A DNA stretch of 63,779 bases, the filler included. It is 10 parts of 10 records of this genome, joined end to end, with 100 filler letters (N's around TTAATTAATTAA, not from the genome) between each part and the next. Parts side by side here need not be neighbours in the genome. Positions count along the whole stretch, not along the records: positions 29,640 to 35,920 come from SRR7504441_8822; positions 36,021 to 45,569 come from SRR7504441_8829; 8 more parts are not named here. One strand, written 5' to 3'. Shown one piece after another: positions 33,416 through 45,150 of the stretch. Positions within the stretch are counted from its first letter, which is position 1; the number at the start of each line of letters is the position of its first letter. Under the pieces are notes generated by a model. That model ran no database searches. It saw only the letters and a program-made list of their open reading frames with translations, and was not told the origin of the DNA. A program made the position numbers and the translations under genes.

Positions 33416-35482
33416 TCACCTCTTCTTTTTCTTCTTTCCGCCCCGGTTCCTTTGCCTCGGGCCGCGGTTGTTGCTGCTCGGGAACTCGATCCCATCCAGT
33501 TGCTCAAGCTGCTCCGGCACGTTCAGCCGCTCAAACACGCCCTCGCCAAACGCTTCGTCCGTCACGGCCTGCTCGCAGTGCTCCTGCAGCGCTTCAATGC
33601 TCGCCAGCGCTGGCGGGTCTTGTTGGGCGAAGCAGAACAGCACACAATTGACATCTTGGTCGAGCTTCAGCTCTCGCACGTGCCCGAATATTGTGCCTAG
33701 TCTGGCCACAACCTCGGCCTTGAGCCCGGTGGAGCGACACGCTATGTTCAGCATGAGTAGCCCGTCGTCGCCTAGCCTTGCCCGGATTGCCTGAAGCAGC
33801 TCGTATTCCACAAACTGAGCAGGTGGTCCTGACATGCCCTGGCTTAGGTCCTTGGAATCGACATCCACCACCACCACAGTGGCCGGGCAATCGCACGGCT
33901 CCTGCAGCATCTCCAAGCCGTCCTTTAACAGCACTGTGGTCTGCTCGTCTGCAGCGAACCCAAAATGACTGGTAGCCAGCTCCAGTACAATCGGGTCCAA
34001 CTCTACTGTGGTCAGAGGACAACCCGGGAGAGCCCGGCGAAGCATCATGGCCAGCGCCCCGCTGCCGAGTCCCACCAACTCGATCCGCCCGCCGGCGGCC
34101 AGCTGCGGAGCCACCAGCGCCATCCCGGCAGCCATCGCCTTGTGATGGTCGAAGCAGAGGAATTCGGGATCGAGCTTTGGACTCCCTGGGTCTGCGAGCG
34201 AGAGCCTCGCCTCAGACTGGATCAGCTGCCGGTTGGAGGCAAACAGCAGCCGGCGGATGCAGCTGCCGCCGTCGTATGACTGCTGCTCCTCAACTAAAAT
34301 CGTACCGCACAGTTCGGATTCGTGCTGAGCGACCACTTGCCAGCTGTCGCCTATGCCCTCGTCCATGGTCAAGTAAGGAATCCTCTCACCCGGCTTGATG
34401 CTCGGCGGGGCCATCCCCTCCATCGCGGCAGACAGCTCGTCCTGGACCGCCTGGATCGTGCTGTACGTGTGCCCAGGCTGCATCGAGATCACAACTAGCC
34501 TCGTCATCCCAATCTGATCGACCAGCTGCCTGATCCCCTCGTCGGCAACAAACATCCACATATGCTCTTTCCCCCTGGGCACGATAAACACCCCGCACGA
34601 CCCGGCCGCGCCCTCGCGCCCGAGGTCGGCCACAGTGGCCACGTACCGTGGAGTCTGCACATCATGCTCGGCCGCGGCCCAAAGCTCGACCCGGACCAGT
34701 TCGTCGGAGCGCAGCTTCCCCCGCAGCTTATGCCGGGCGCTGGTCAGCTGCTGCACCGCCCGCAGACTCTCGGCCACCTTGCCGGCCGGTAACGGCTCCG
34801 ACTGCAGCCCGTGAAGGTTCATCTCGACCATGCCCACAGGCTGCTCCTCGCCATCCTCCACCGCAGAGCCGACGAACACGAACGGAAACAGCGGCGAGGC
34901 GGTGTCAAACCCGGCCGGGTCCGGCTGGTGGATCTCGAGCCGCCAGCCGTCGGTACAGAAGGCCTCCACCAGCGCCTCTACGATGTGCTCCTGGGCCAGA
35001 GTAACGCAAAAGTACTTGGGCGCCACGCGCTTGACTTCAGCCAGCAGCCGAGCAGCCGCGGCCTGGTCGGCCTCGGAGTCAGTGGCGAACAGGGCATCCA
35101 TCGCCCCTTTGTCGAACGCCACCTCGAACTGTCGGTCAGCGAACGAGGTGTTTGTCATATCCATGGTCTCCCACTTCATCAGGCCCCGGTGCGCGTTGGC
35201 CGCCTGCATCTCCTGGATCACCTCCGGCACAAAGTCCACGTTCACGATCTGCTGATACCCATCGTCGTACATCTCGGCACTCGCCGCGCTGTTCCCGCAC
35301 CCGAGCACTAGCACGGCCGCCTCGGCGCACGGGACCGCCCGGCGCCAGATCGGGCGCAGGTTGGCGTACTCGCCATACCACTCGAACTCGGACCGGTTCT
35401 GGAAGAACTCCTGCCAGTAGGTCTGGCTGTTGAAGTCCGAGAAGCTCTTGGGCAGCAGCTCGAGCCCGCTGTCGGCCGACAT
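33416..35482 (-). CDS. METTL13: eEF1A lysine and N-terminal methyltransferase (dual MTase)
   Basis: LLPKSFSDF..YWQEFF..FEWYGEY, VLGCGNS, DKGAMDAL, RRLLF..LIQSE, VGLGSG, VELDP and DVDSKD. Confidence 0.9.
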   Translation of the reverse strand: MSADSGLELLPKSFSDFNSQTYWQEFFQNRSEFEWYGEYANLRPIWRRAVPCAEAAVLVLGCGNSAASAEMYDDGYQQIVNVDFVPEVIQEMQAANAHRGLMKWETMDMTNTSFADRQFEVAFDKGAMDALFATDSEADQAAAARLLAEVKRVAPKYFCVTLAQEHIVEALVEAFCTDGWRLEIHQPDPAGFDTASPLFPFVFVGSAVEDGEEQPVGMVEMNLHGLQSEPLPAGKVAESLRAVQQLTSARHKLRGKLRSDELVRVELWAAAEHDVQTPRYVATVADLGREGAAGSCGVFIVPRGKEHMWMFVADEGIRQLVDQIGMTRLVVISMQPGHTYSTIQAVQDELSAAMEGMAPPSIKPGERIPYLTMDEGIGDSWQVVAQHESELCGTILVEEQQSYDGGSCIRRLLFASNRQLIQSEARLSLADPGSPKLDPEFLCFDHHKAMAAGMALVAPQLAAGGRIELVGLGSGALAMMLRRALPGCPLTTVELDPIVLELATSHFGFAADEQTTVLLKDGLEMLQEPCDCPATVVVVDVDSKDLSQGMSGPPAQFVEYELLQAIRARLGDDGLLMLNIACRSTGLKAEVVARLGTIFGHVRELKLDQDVNCVLFCFAQQDPPALASIEALQEHCEQAVTDEAFGEGVFERLNVPEQLEQLDGIEFPSSNNRGPRQRNRGGKKKKKR

Positions 35483-35703
35483 TGCTTCGCTCGCTGTGGT
35501 TCGGACTAACGGAACTCGAGCTCGTCTGACGGAGCGGGCGAGCGCGGGCGAGGCGGCGAGGCCGGCGTACCGTAGGCGTACCGCCAGGCAGCAACCCAGT
35601 TTGGTTATGTCGCCTAGGCTCGACTTCACGGATAAATGTATCTATATCGAGTAGATTCAGCATGAGCTAGCCATGGAGCTAGGGCTCTAACATTACTCCA
35701 ACA

Positions 35704-35920
35704 TTAGCAAGCTATGGGAACGCCTCTCACTGTCCAGCGATGGCCATAATGGCTGCAAAAAGGAGTGTCCATCGATACGAAAGGCGGTGGGACGCCTTTC
35801 CATGCAAGGCTCAGCTCGTACGCAATCCTTCCTAAGTTGCTACTAAACGTCGTGATCAGCGCATCACACCGAGCCAGGAGTGTGACGTCCGTCACCAAGT
35901 CGAGCCCCTCGTGCGCAGGG
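35704..35920 (-). CDS. Alpha-1,6-fucosyltransferase (GT23)-like C-terminal fragment
   Basis: DVTLLARCDALITTFSSNLGRIAYEL matches the FUT8 motif [25 protein letters not shown]. Confidence 0.72.
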
Positions 35921-36020
35921 NNNNNNNNNNNNNNNNNNNNNNNNNNNNNNNNNNNNNNNNNNNNTTAATTAATTAANNNNNNNNNNNNNNNNNNNNNNNN
36001 NNNNNNNNNNNNNNNNNNNN

Positions 36021-36685
36021 CGGACATCGTGCCCAACCTGGAGAAAGCCTTAGGCTCGGGCGACAACAATTTGCCACACAACGCGGCGCTGCTAGTCTCA
36101 ATCCTGTCGACCGTGGCCTCCTTCCGACGAGCCTTCGTCAAGTGATCCGGCTTGTGCTGCGACGTGTGCTGACCCGGGCTTGGCAGGTCGGGAGGACTGC
36201 GGCTCCTAGTAGGGCTACTTAATCGCTCGGACGATACTGGCGAGCAATGTAACGCGCTGTACGCGCTTGTGACCCTAGCCGGGTCGGGTAAGGACTGCCA
36301 CTCCGAGCTGTACGGTCTGCTGGTCGAATCGGGAGCTGCGTGGAGGGCACGTCCCCTGATGCTGTCGACAGATTCAAACGTCCAGGCCAATGCCCGCAAC
36401 CTGGCCCAGGAGCTGCGAACCATCCAGCCCAACAGCCTGGCCCTGCAGCGCAGCGGCTCGTCCGACGCGGTGCACGCGCTGGCGCTGCTCTCTTGTGATA
36501 CGAGACCTGGCGCTGACCGAACCATCACGCCGAGTGCCAAGACTAAGACACTCAACCACTGGGGAAGTAAGAACTCGCGCCGGAGGAAGTCGCGGACGGT
36601 CACCCCGTGGAAGCGGAAACTAGAAGCTCCTCGCCGGAATGGCGGGCTGTCTGTGCTAGCATCAGCAGTCACAGCAGAAGGATGA
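36021..36685 (+). CDS. ARM-repeat protein, C-terminal fragment
   Basis: GGLRLLVGLL..NALYALVTLA and VQANA; one GT-AG intron near 36142-36186. Confidence 0.55.
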
Positions 36686-37049
36686 CGGACAGCTGAGGGA
36701 TGCTGTGAAGGACAACGATAATTTGTGGGGGAGAAGGTAGATAATGCCAGGCAGCGCGGGCCACCGGGGCCGCGCAGGCAGCACGCTGGGTCGAGCCGCC
36801 GGCAATAGGCCGGCTGGCTGAGCCGTAGCGGTGCTGTCGCGATCACCCGGTGGTTCAAATTGCTTGATGCACTCGTTAATTTAATTAAAATTCAGGTCAA
36901 TTCGACCTCAATTCGACCTATGTCTAGCGACACATCTCCTCTCTAACGCCGATACCGTCGCCATCTATCCCGGCCGATTAGTACTTAATTGTAGAGTATT
37001 ATATATGGCGGAATGAGTACTAACTCATGAGTACACAGAGTACTTAATA

Positions 37050-38014
37050 TCAGGCCCGCTTGAGTGCCATGTCGATAATCTTCTTAAACCAATAGCCGTT
37101 GAGCCCGGACAGCGCTAGCAGCACGTACCGGGCCCCGCCCAGCCCTACAAAGTCCGGGTGTCGCCACATCCTGGCCAGGAACAGGTTGAGCCCAACAATC
37201 CGAGTCCCAAAGAAACTCGCGCCAAACAGCCCGAGAAGCGCCTTGAACAGCCGACCGTTGGCCTGGCCGGTCTCCCGGACCAGCCACATGCTCGAGAGGA
37301 AGACAGTGGACAGCTCGATGGCCCCGACGTACGGCACAAACTGTTTGACTCCCTGACTGGGCCAGGACGGACCGGACATCACGGAGCAGATGATCACTAT
37401 CCCGATCAGATGGTGAACCAGCAGCAACGGGTCCTGCCCAAACTCCCGGCGCATCATCACCATGTCGTGCACGAAATACCCCAGCGCCGACGCCAGCAGC
37501 CGGGTGGCCCCTCGAGTGCCCCCGCCCCGCACAATCTTGTACAGCGAGTAGCCACAAATGATCTGCAGCGCCGCCGCTCAGCCGGGAGCAGGGCACGGCG
37601 GCGACCGCGGCGTTGACGATCGACAGGAGGTAACTCTCAAACAGCTGGGTGCGCCCAGCCTTGCGTTGGAGCAGCGCGTACCAACGGAACTGTCCCAGCC
37701 GGTCTCGGATCATCAGCCGAAGCAAATAGTACAGGAACCCGGCCCCTAGCGCCACCCCTGCCCCGCCCTCAGCCCACAGCCGCTGGCCGGGCCCGGCCTG
37801 CGATCCCCCGTCCAGTCAGCTGCAGCCTGCTCCCATCCCTCCGGAACACCCGCGCCCCCGTGGCGTCGGACATCTCCAGCAGCGCCCGCCGGCGGCGCAC
37901 CTGCATCAAACGGTCAGCCGGGGGCGGCGGCCGGCCAGTGGCCTGGCCGGAGCTCATCCCCGAGTCGCTGCGACGCCGGCCGGTCGCCTGCTGTTCAAGT
38001 GGCTGTTCATTCAT
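37050..38014 (-). CDS. TLC (TRAM/LAG1/CLN8)-domain membrane protein
   Basis: GYFVHD, LLVHH, ELSTVFL, FFGTRI and LNGYWF; GC-AG and GT-AG mini-introns upstream. Confidence 0.82.
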
Positions 38015-38039
38015 CGTGGTGAAAAATAACGGACATTCT

Positions 38040-38879
38040 ATGGATAAGCGGCTGGGAGTGCTCTACGTGGCGGCGGGGCTGGCCGTCACCGCGGCCGCCT
38101 TCCGGCCAACCGGCTGGGGGACGACTGAGCTGACGCTGCGGGACCCGGCCCGGCAGGACAGACCGGTCCGTGTGCGGCTTTACAACCTTTCGCCGGCCTC
38201 CGCCCGGCCGCTGCTGCTGTTCGCACACGGCTTCAACCTAACGTGGCCCAACTACGTCTACCTGCCGCATGGGCTCCCGGGCTGGACGTTGGGGTTTGTC
38301 GAGTCGACCAGCCAGCTGGCGCTCGACTTGGCTTTCACCGCCCAGGCCCTCCAGTCGGGCGGGCCGGTGAGGCTGGCCCCGCTCACAGTGATCGCCGGGC
38401 ACTCCTTTGGGGGCGGCGAGGCCATCGTGGCGCTGGACAAGGGCCGGAGCGCGTACAATCTGAGCACAGTGGCCGGTCTGATCGCGCTCGCCCCCGGCAC
38501 CCGCTACTCAGGCTCGCTGGCCTCGGCTCCCGCGGTGGTGCTGCCGGCTCTGATCCTGACCGGGAGCGAAGACTGCATCTGCCCGCCGGCCCGGAACGCG
38601 GGGCCGTTGTTCTCGGCGATCCAGTCCAGGTGCAAGTTTGTAGCCAACATGACCGGCGCAAATCATTGTAAGTTCACTCAAGATGTGCCGGCGGCTGGTG
38701 GGTGTACGGACCGGTGTGGGAGCCTCAGCCGGAGCGCGCAGCAACAGCTCACAATCAGCCTGATGCGGGGCTTTCTTGACGCGCTGTCCGGGAACGGCAG
38801 CTGGGCCGGCTTGGAGCGGACGTTGCAGAGCGCTGGTTCACGAATCATCTGGCAAGGTCGAACTGACGGTTGCGGCTAG
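38040..38879 (+). CDS. Secreted alpha/beta hydrolase, chlorophyllase/cutinase-like
   Basis: Signal peptide; LLFAHGF, GHSFGG (Ser), SEDCIC (Asp) and GANHCKF (His). Confidence 0.78.
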   Translation: MDKRLGVLYVAAGLAVTAAAFRPTGWGTTELTLRDPARQDRPVRVRLYNLSPASARPLLLFAHGFNLTWPNYVYLPHGLPGWTLGFVESTSQLALDLAFTAQALQSGGPVRLAPLTVIAGHSFGGGEAIVALDKGRSAYNLSTVAGLIALAPGTRYSGSLASAPAVVLPALILTGSEDCICPPARNAGPLFSAIQSRCKFVANMTGANHCKFTQDVPAAGGCTDRCGSLSRSAQQQLTISLMRGFLDALSGNGSWAGLERTLQSAGSRIIWQGRTDGCG

Positions 38880-38963
38880 GAGACACGAGCTGAGATGGCG
38901 GGGTGCTAGAATATAATATATACATCTATAGTTTTATGTGAATAGGAAGCGCCCAACCCGCCA

Positions 38964-39300
38964 GTGTATACTATGCAGGCGGCCATCCGCCCGCCCCCCG
39001 CGCTCAGTCGGCCTGGCCGGGCTGCTTGGCGGCCATCCTCTCCTGCATCACCCGGCGGAGCTCGGCCCTTTTGTCCATCATCTGCATCATCTTGGGCACA
39101 AACCAGAACGGCCGCTTGTGCTCGTGTCCTTCCCCCGCGCTCCCGTCCAGGGCCTCCGCGGTCCAACCGTCCTTGGAGACCGTTTCCGTCTGCTGCGGCG
39201 CCTCCCGTCGGCTGTCACGCCCCCGGCCGCTCCGGCCGCTCCCCCGCCGCTCCGATTTGGCCCGCCGCTCCCGCTTCTTGCTGGGGCTGGCTGCCCTCAT
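38964..39300 (-). CDS. Small hypothetical basic protein (3' end uncertain)
   Basis: ATG 39300, reading MRAASPSKKRERR..; intron-like segments; head-to-head with the 39363 gene. Confidence 0.35.
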
Positions 39301-39362
39301 GCGACCTCCACTGCCTTGCGTGGACACCACAGCCCGCAACGGAAAGAAACAGCACTCAAACC

Positions 39363-39743
39363 ATGGTGGCCCCACTGGGGCCGAGAGGGCGGGACGGGCG
39401 GGCAGGTGCAGATGAACGAGATGTCGGCGTTCCAAGGGTTCACCTTGATCATGCTGATGCTGCTCGTGTTTGGACCGATCGTCTACTTGCTCACTCGCCC
39501 GACGGTTCCCCGCGGCAGCCCCCCTTGGCCCACCGTTGGGAGCAGGAAACCGGCCGCCGAGGGATGACCGACTCGCAGCGGCGGATGGAGACCGAGGACA
39601 ACATGTTCGGTGACTGGGCCGGGGTGGCCGCCGGGAGCCCGGCCGGCAGACGACGGGATCGTGAGCAGCAAGGAGGATTAGGCCCGGTGAAGCTCCCAAC
39701 CGGCGGCGTGAGGCGATGGCCGGTACGTGTGGCCAAGCGGTAG
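39363..39743 (+). CDS. Small single-TM hypothetical protein
   Basis: ATG 39363; TM FTLIMLMLLVFGPIVYLL; several mini-introns; boundaries approximate. Confidence 0.4.
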   Translation: MVAPLGPRGRDGRAGADERDVGVPRVHLDHADAARVWTDRLLAHSPDGSPRQPPLAHRWEQETGRRGMTDSQRRMETEDNMFGDWAGVAAGSPAGRRRDREQQGGLGPVKLPTGGVRRWPVRVAKR

Positions 39744-39957
39744 GCCTGGTCAGCCCATGGCCGCTGTGTGGTTAGAAACCGTACCGACGAGTACGGCGAG
39801 CGGGCTGCTTGGTCGAATCGTGCGAGAGAGCCAATCGATCTACTGTAGTAACGACGCTCCAACTTATTCTTTATACTTGGCGCTAGATTGATAAATGTCG
39901 CCAAAGCTATACCTACACGCTCCCAACCTGTGGTCGTTTTGAATTATTGTAACTTAT

Positions 39958-40795
39958 TCATCTAGTTAACATTCGGATGTAATTCACAACATGTGCGACG
40001 TCAACTCGAGTCTAGTGCCGTCAGATTGGCTTCGGGAGCGCTCGCCTTCTCGCACGACTGCGACGCAATCAGCGCGCGCTGTAGCTCGAGCTGCAGGAAC
40101 TGGCCCTCTCCCAGCGGCCCCTCTGCCTCGGCTCCCGGCTCCTCCTCTGGTTGCGCCTGCATCTCAGCCTGCCGCCAGCCTCACACCGAGCACGCCTAGC
40201 GCCCACCTGCAGGTCGCACGAGAAGTACTGCTCGTCCTCAGCCGAGGCATCCAGCGCGCACCGGCCCGGGCCGGCCGTCTTCTCCCGGATCCAGGCCCGC
40301 CGCCTGACGAGGTCCGAGATCCCCGGCTCCTGATGGAACTCGCCCCCAAAGTCGAAGGCGTGCTCCCAGCCGCCCCCCAGCCGCCACCAGCCTGGCCCGA
40401 CCATCGCACTGGCTGGCCAGGCCTGTTGCCTCGTCGGTCGACCGGCACCTCATACAGATGTGGAGGCACTGCCCGCCAGCCTGCCGGCCTGTGGGATCGA
40501 GCCGCCGGCGGGGCGTGTACCGTGCTGCGTGGTCCAGCCGGCCGGGTCGGAGCCATCGGCGGGGGCACCCCACCCGACGAACGGCCACCACCGTTGGTTC
40601 TCGTACACCACCTGTCCCCGGGGCTGGCGGGGCGGCGGCGAGGGGCGGGGCCTCCACGGCGGTCAGGGAGGGTATCTGCTGGGCGGCGAGGGGCGGGGCC
40701 TCGCTCTCGGCGATCAGATCCCAGTCCTCGCGCTTGCTCGCCCAGCTGTGCCTGTTCCGCGCGTTCTGGACCTGCGCCGACGCCCAGTACGTCAT
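39958..40795 (-). CDS. Dysferlin/peroxin (DysF) domain protein
   Basis: Spliced VVYENQRWWPFVGW ... GWEHAFDF ... DLVRRRAWIR, the DysF signature. Confidence 0.75.
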
Positions 40796-41099
40796 CGGCA
40801 CACTGCAAACCTCAGCAGGCCATTGCCAAAATGAGTTTTTTTTTTAGCGAGTTTACTTTTATGTAATTTTAGGGTTACCAGTACTTGGTAGGGTTACTGC
40901 AGGTTTTTTACCGCAATGCTAGGATTATTCCTACGGCTGTATTAATGAAAAGCGCTCCAATACAGTATAGTGTGTATACTGTAGCTACGAGTACGTCTAC
41001 AGCACGGTAGCAACGTAGCAATAGATCGAGCAATGCCCGATTCTGAAGGGGTTTTAAATGAGTCACTATACGACTAGTGGTGAGAGTGCACGGAGTGCA

Positions 41100-42315
41100 G
41101 CCAGTCTAGTTCGCCCTTGGGCACTCCGTCCCCGACCAGATGCAGTCATCTCGCTCCATGGCTATCTAGCCTCGGTAGCTTGACTAGGTTTGATCTTACT
41201 TGCCAAGACCGCACCACCCCAACCCGCAAAGCCAGCCGCCGCTATCAGTCTCATTCAGCGGCTCCACTTTGCCGTTGGCCATTGCCCCGCCACTTACCCT
41301 GACGACGTTAGCATTCCGCTTTCCCGATCCACCTTTGAACCAACCACCCGGCGACAGCTCTGCACCGTCCACGAGCTCAGCCTCCACCGCATCCTGCATG
41401 TCCTCGTCCTCGTCCTCCTCATCGTCCTCCTCCTCCTCTGGCCTCTCCTGTCCCAGCGTTCGCCCTCCCCCGCCAGGCCGCTCACCACCACAGGCAGCTC
41501 TTGGTGGTCTGCTAGACTTTGGCCTGCCCTCCGTCCGCCCCCCACAGGGCGGGGAGACTCACAAACGTCCAAGATGCAGCTCCGGAGGTCCTGCGGATCG
41601 GTTGGGTCCAGCAGCGTGTCTTTGATCCCGTCCAGCCCATAACATGTCTTCGCAGAGGTACACACAAATCCCACAGCTCCAAGCGCCTCTGCCGCCGCGA
41701 AAGCGTGTTCCCAGGCACAGCAGACGTCGCTGCTCTCGCGCATTTCGAGCCAGGCGTCCTGCTTGGTCCCGACCAGGATGATCGCCACATTGGCCGCGCC
41801 CACAGCGCTGAACACCTCTTTGGCCCAGCAATCGCCCCCCGCCAGCCAGGCCGCCCGTCGATCATCGCTATCGCGGATCGCCCGGAGCCCGGCGAGATCA
41901 ACAGACCCGGTGATGTTGTCCAGCGTGTGCCGCTCACTCATGTCGAACGCCACTATGAACAGCTCGCTGTCGTCATAGGCCATGCTCCGGGCCCCCGCTA
42001 GCTGCTCCTGCCCGGCCGTGTCCCAGAACTCGATCTCCCAGGACTGATGGCCCTCCCACCGGGCCGTCTTCACCTCCACACCGGTCGGCTCGTCTGCAGC
42101 CCGGTCAGCATGGCGCGGGCCGGGGGAGGGCACAGGTGGGATCGGCCCAGTTAATAGGATCGTCCTCGGGGTCGTTGAGCAGGCTCCGGAGCAGGCAGGT
42201 CTGCCGCCCCCCAGGTGAGTCCCACAGCTGCCCTCGGATTGCGCGCCTTGCCCACCGCCCCGTCCCCCACCACCACGCATCTCTGCTCGAATGGCCGCAA
42301 CCCCGCACCCGGCAT
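41100..42315 (-). CDS. Divergent Rho-family small GTPase with insertions and C-terminal extension (3' end approximate)
   Basis: CVVVGDGAVGK|TCLL (GC-AG intron 42201-42246), WDTAGQE, IILVGTKQD and CTSAKT. Confidence 0.8.
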
Positions 42316-42360
42316 TGTCAGCTCAGAGCAACCGGCCGCACAACTGCAGCTGGCGACACC

Positions 42361-45150
42361 ATGAGCGCCGCCGAGCTGCGGGAGTGGACGGCCGGGGTGG
42401 GCGGCCGTGCGTTCGTGTTCTGGTGCGCCGGGCGGGCCGGTCTTCCGTTGGCCGACCTGGTCCAGCTGCTCCGGCGGGCGCGGCTGCTCCCAGGCCCGGT
42501 CAGGCTGGACCAACTTCCGGCCGACCGGTGGCTTGACTCGGACGGGTGGACCGCGCTGCTGCTCGAGGCCGCCGACAGGTGCGGGCAGCCTCCCAGGGCT
42601 GTCGGGTAGCCTGGCCAGGTCGTCCGCGGGGGTGCTCATCGAGGCACTGGCTCCGCACTGCGGGGTGCCAGTGAGCCCAGACCCGGCGAGCGCGCTGCTG
42701 GCGGAGGCACTGCCGGGTGGGCCGTCCCTGGGTCGGCTGAGGCGGGGCAGTGCTGCACTGGCACTGGGACGCGCTGTGGTCGCTGTACGCCAGCCAGGCT
42801 GGTCCCAACGGACGGCTGTCGCGGGATGCCTCGAGCAGCATCGTGCAGGCGGCTGGGGTGCGGGGCCAGGGCGGTATGGCCGGACTGGCCTGGCAGGTGC
42901 AGCTGACCGGGCTGACCGATTGCCCCGACTGGGACAGCTGGGTGATGCAATTGTCGGTGGAGTGCGCGCGGCAAGACCTGTCGCTCCCTGCAGTGCTGGA
43001 GGCGATCGCCAATGAGCCGGTGCTGCTGGGCAAGTCGGCGGTCGGGCGGGCAGCCAGCACGCATAGCCGGCTGGCCGCCAGTTGGGGCAGCGAGCCGTCC
43101 CCGATGCCGAGCCCCCCAGAGCAGCCTGTGGGCCAGCTGGCTGCACAGCCCGAGCAGGAGCGATGCGATGAACGGTTGATGACGGTGCTGATGGACGCGT
43201 ATGCCGGACCCGGCCACATCATCGAGCACGCCGGGCTGTGCCAACTACTGGCCGACTGCGGTGCCCGCTGGATGCCCGATAGGCTGAGGCTGGCCCAGGC
43301 GCTGGCCCGGGCGGGCGCTGTCTGGGTGGTGTGAGCCGGGTCACGCCTGCACTGGCTCGCCGATGTATGAGAGACGCGGGCGCCCGCAATGGAGTGGACT
43401 CGGCCAGCCAGGCGCGCGCCGGGCCTGGATCGGTCTGACATTTGGCTGTGCCGCAGCTGGGTCGAGTGCTCAGTCAGCTGGTAACTAGCTGGCTGGCCGG
43501 ATCTCACCCGGGCGGCAGGCGGTACGGGGAGGCTGCGGCGGAGTGGCGACCCTCGAGCGGCTTTGCCTGATACCGCTTGCACGAGAGATCGAGCGCCGCG
43601 CGGAGGAGAAGCCTCGCGCCATCTGCGAGGCCAAGCTGAGTGCGGCGGTCCCTGCCGATCGGTGTCGCAAGGAATTGATTGGAAGCAGGTGGCTGCAGTC
43701 GAGTTGTCGCTGGCCACGGGGAGTCTTCTATCCGCAGAGAGCCTGACCAGGTGTCGCCCGGCACCGTGCCTGGGCCGGAGTGGGCGGGGCAGGTTTGTGA
43801 AGGCGTGCGATATGGACGTCCAGAGAGCAGTGCCCAGGATAGAAGGGTACTGCGAGTGGCGGCGGCAGCTGCATGCTAGGGTGGGAGCTCTGCCGGAGCT
43901 GCGAGGGGTGCGCTGGGGCTGGCACGGGAATGTGCGAGGGCTGTACCCAATGCCGCTCGGGTTTGTATCGCTGGCCGAATGGGATGGCGAGTCCGATCCT
44001 CAGCTGGAGACTCTGCTGCCAGCGCTTGCTGTGCGGCTGGGCTTGCAGCTCGAAGCTTTGATCAAGCAAGCCGAGGCTGTCCCGATCGCACCCAGGCTGT
44101 TCGGGGTCGTAGACATGAGCGGCGTGGCGAGTGCGGGACTTCGGGCGTGGAAGTTTGAGCTATCAAGGTGTGCAGTAATCAGACTCACTGGGCGATGACA
44201 TTTGGTAGGTTTGTGAAAACTTTCAGGGCGCATTACCCGCGTATGCTGGGGCACCTGGTAGTGATCAATGCACCGGCCGGTCTGGGCAAGGTCCTGCGGA
44301 GCTGCGGGCTGGATCACGCCGCCATGCGCCGGGTGGTGGTCACCACAGGCAGCGGATGGAGCCAGATGTTGGACATTGCCGATCCGAAGATGATCCCACG
44401 CTTGTTTGGAGGCTCCGGCGCTTGCCTGGACGATGGCCTGTCTGGTCCGGTGGTGACTGCTGTGCCTTCAACTCCTAGAGTCGGCAGCCAGAGCCGGCCG
44501 GCCGCCGGGGCGAAAAAGCAGGCGCGCCCACTCGAGTGGACGGCTGGTTCTAGTCTGGGTGAAAGTGCTCCAGCTATGAGCGGCGTGGGTGGGAGCGTGC
44601 AGAGTGTTCAGACTTCAACGGGAGAGCATGAAATCGACCCGATGCAGCTTTTGCACGGCGTACAGGCTCGTGAGAGGTGCAGCCATGTGCGGGGCCGGGC
44701 TGATGGGTGTGTAGATGGGCGTTGGAGCTCTGTGCGATGCGAGGCTGCACCCCCGACGCAGGCAAAAGGCAGCGGCCGCGCAAGTGGTCAGAGCGACGAG
44801 TGGCCAGCCTCAACGGCGAATCAGCCGAATCAGAGCAGGTGGCGGCTCTCCGATCTGAGCTAGACGGCGTTATATCGCCGGAGACCGAGGATAGGATCAC
44901 ACGGGCCATGACTCGGGCCTCAACGCCTGCAGGCTCACTCTCGCCAGGCCACTTCGAGTATCTGAACGCTACGGCGCTAGAGACGCCGGGGCGGGAGGTC
45001 GCAGAGGCAAACGACGTGCCGAGCAAAGGCGCTGGGCTGAACCAGGCAGTTGTGGCGGCTAGACGAAGACAACGGTTGAGGCTCGCTCAACGTGTAAACG
45101 AACTTGCTCCAATGGATCATGATTATTCACTCAAAGGCGCGCAAAGCTAG
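42361..45150 (+). CDS. Multi-exon gene(s) containing a CRAL-TRIO (Sec14) domain at about 43790-44420
   Basis: RFVKACDMDV..A..I....WR, VVDMSGV and HYPRMLGHLVVINAP...IPRLFGG; upstream part unassigned and possibly a separate gene. Confidence 0.6.
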
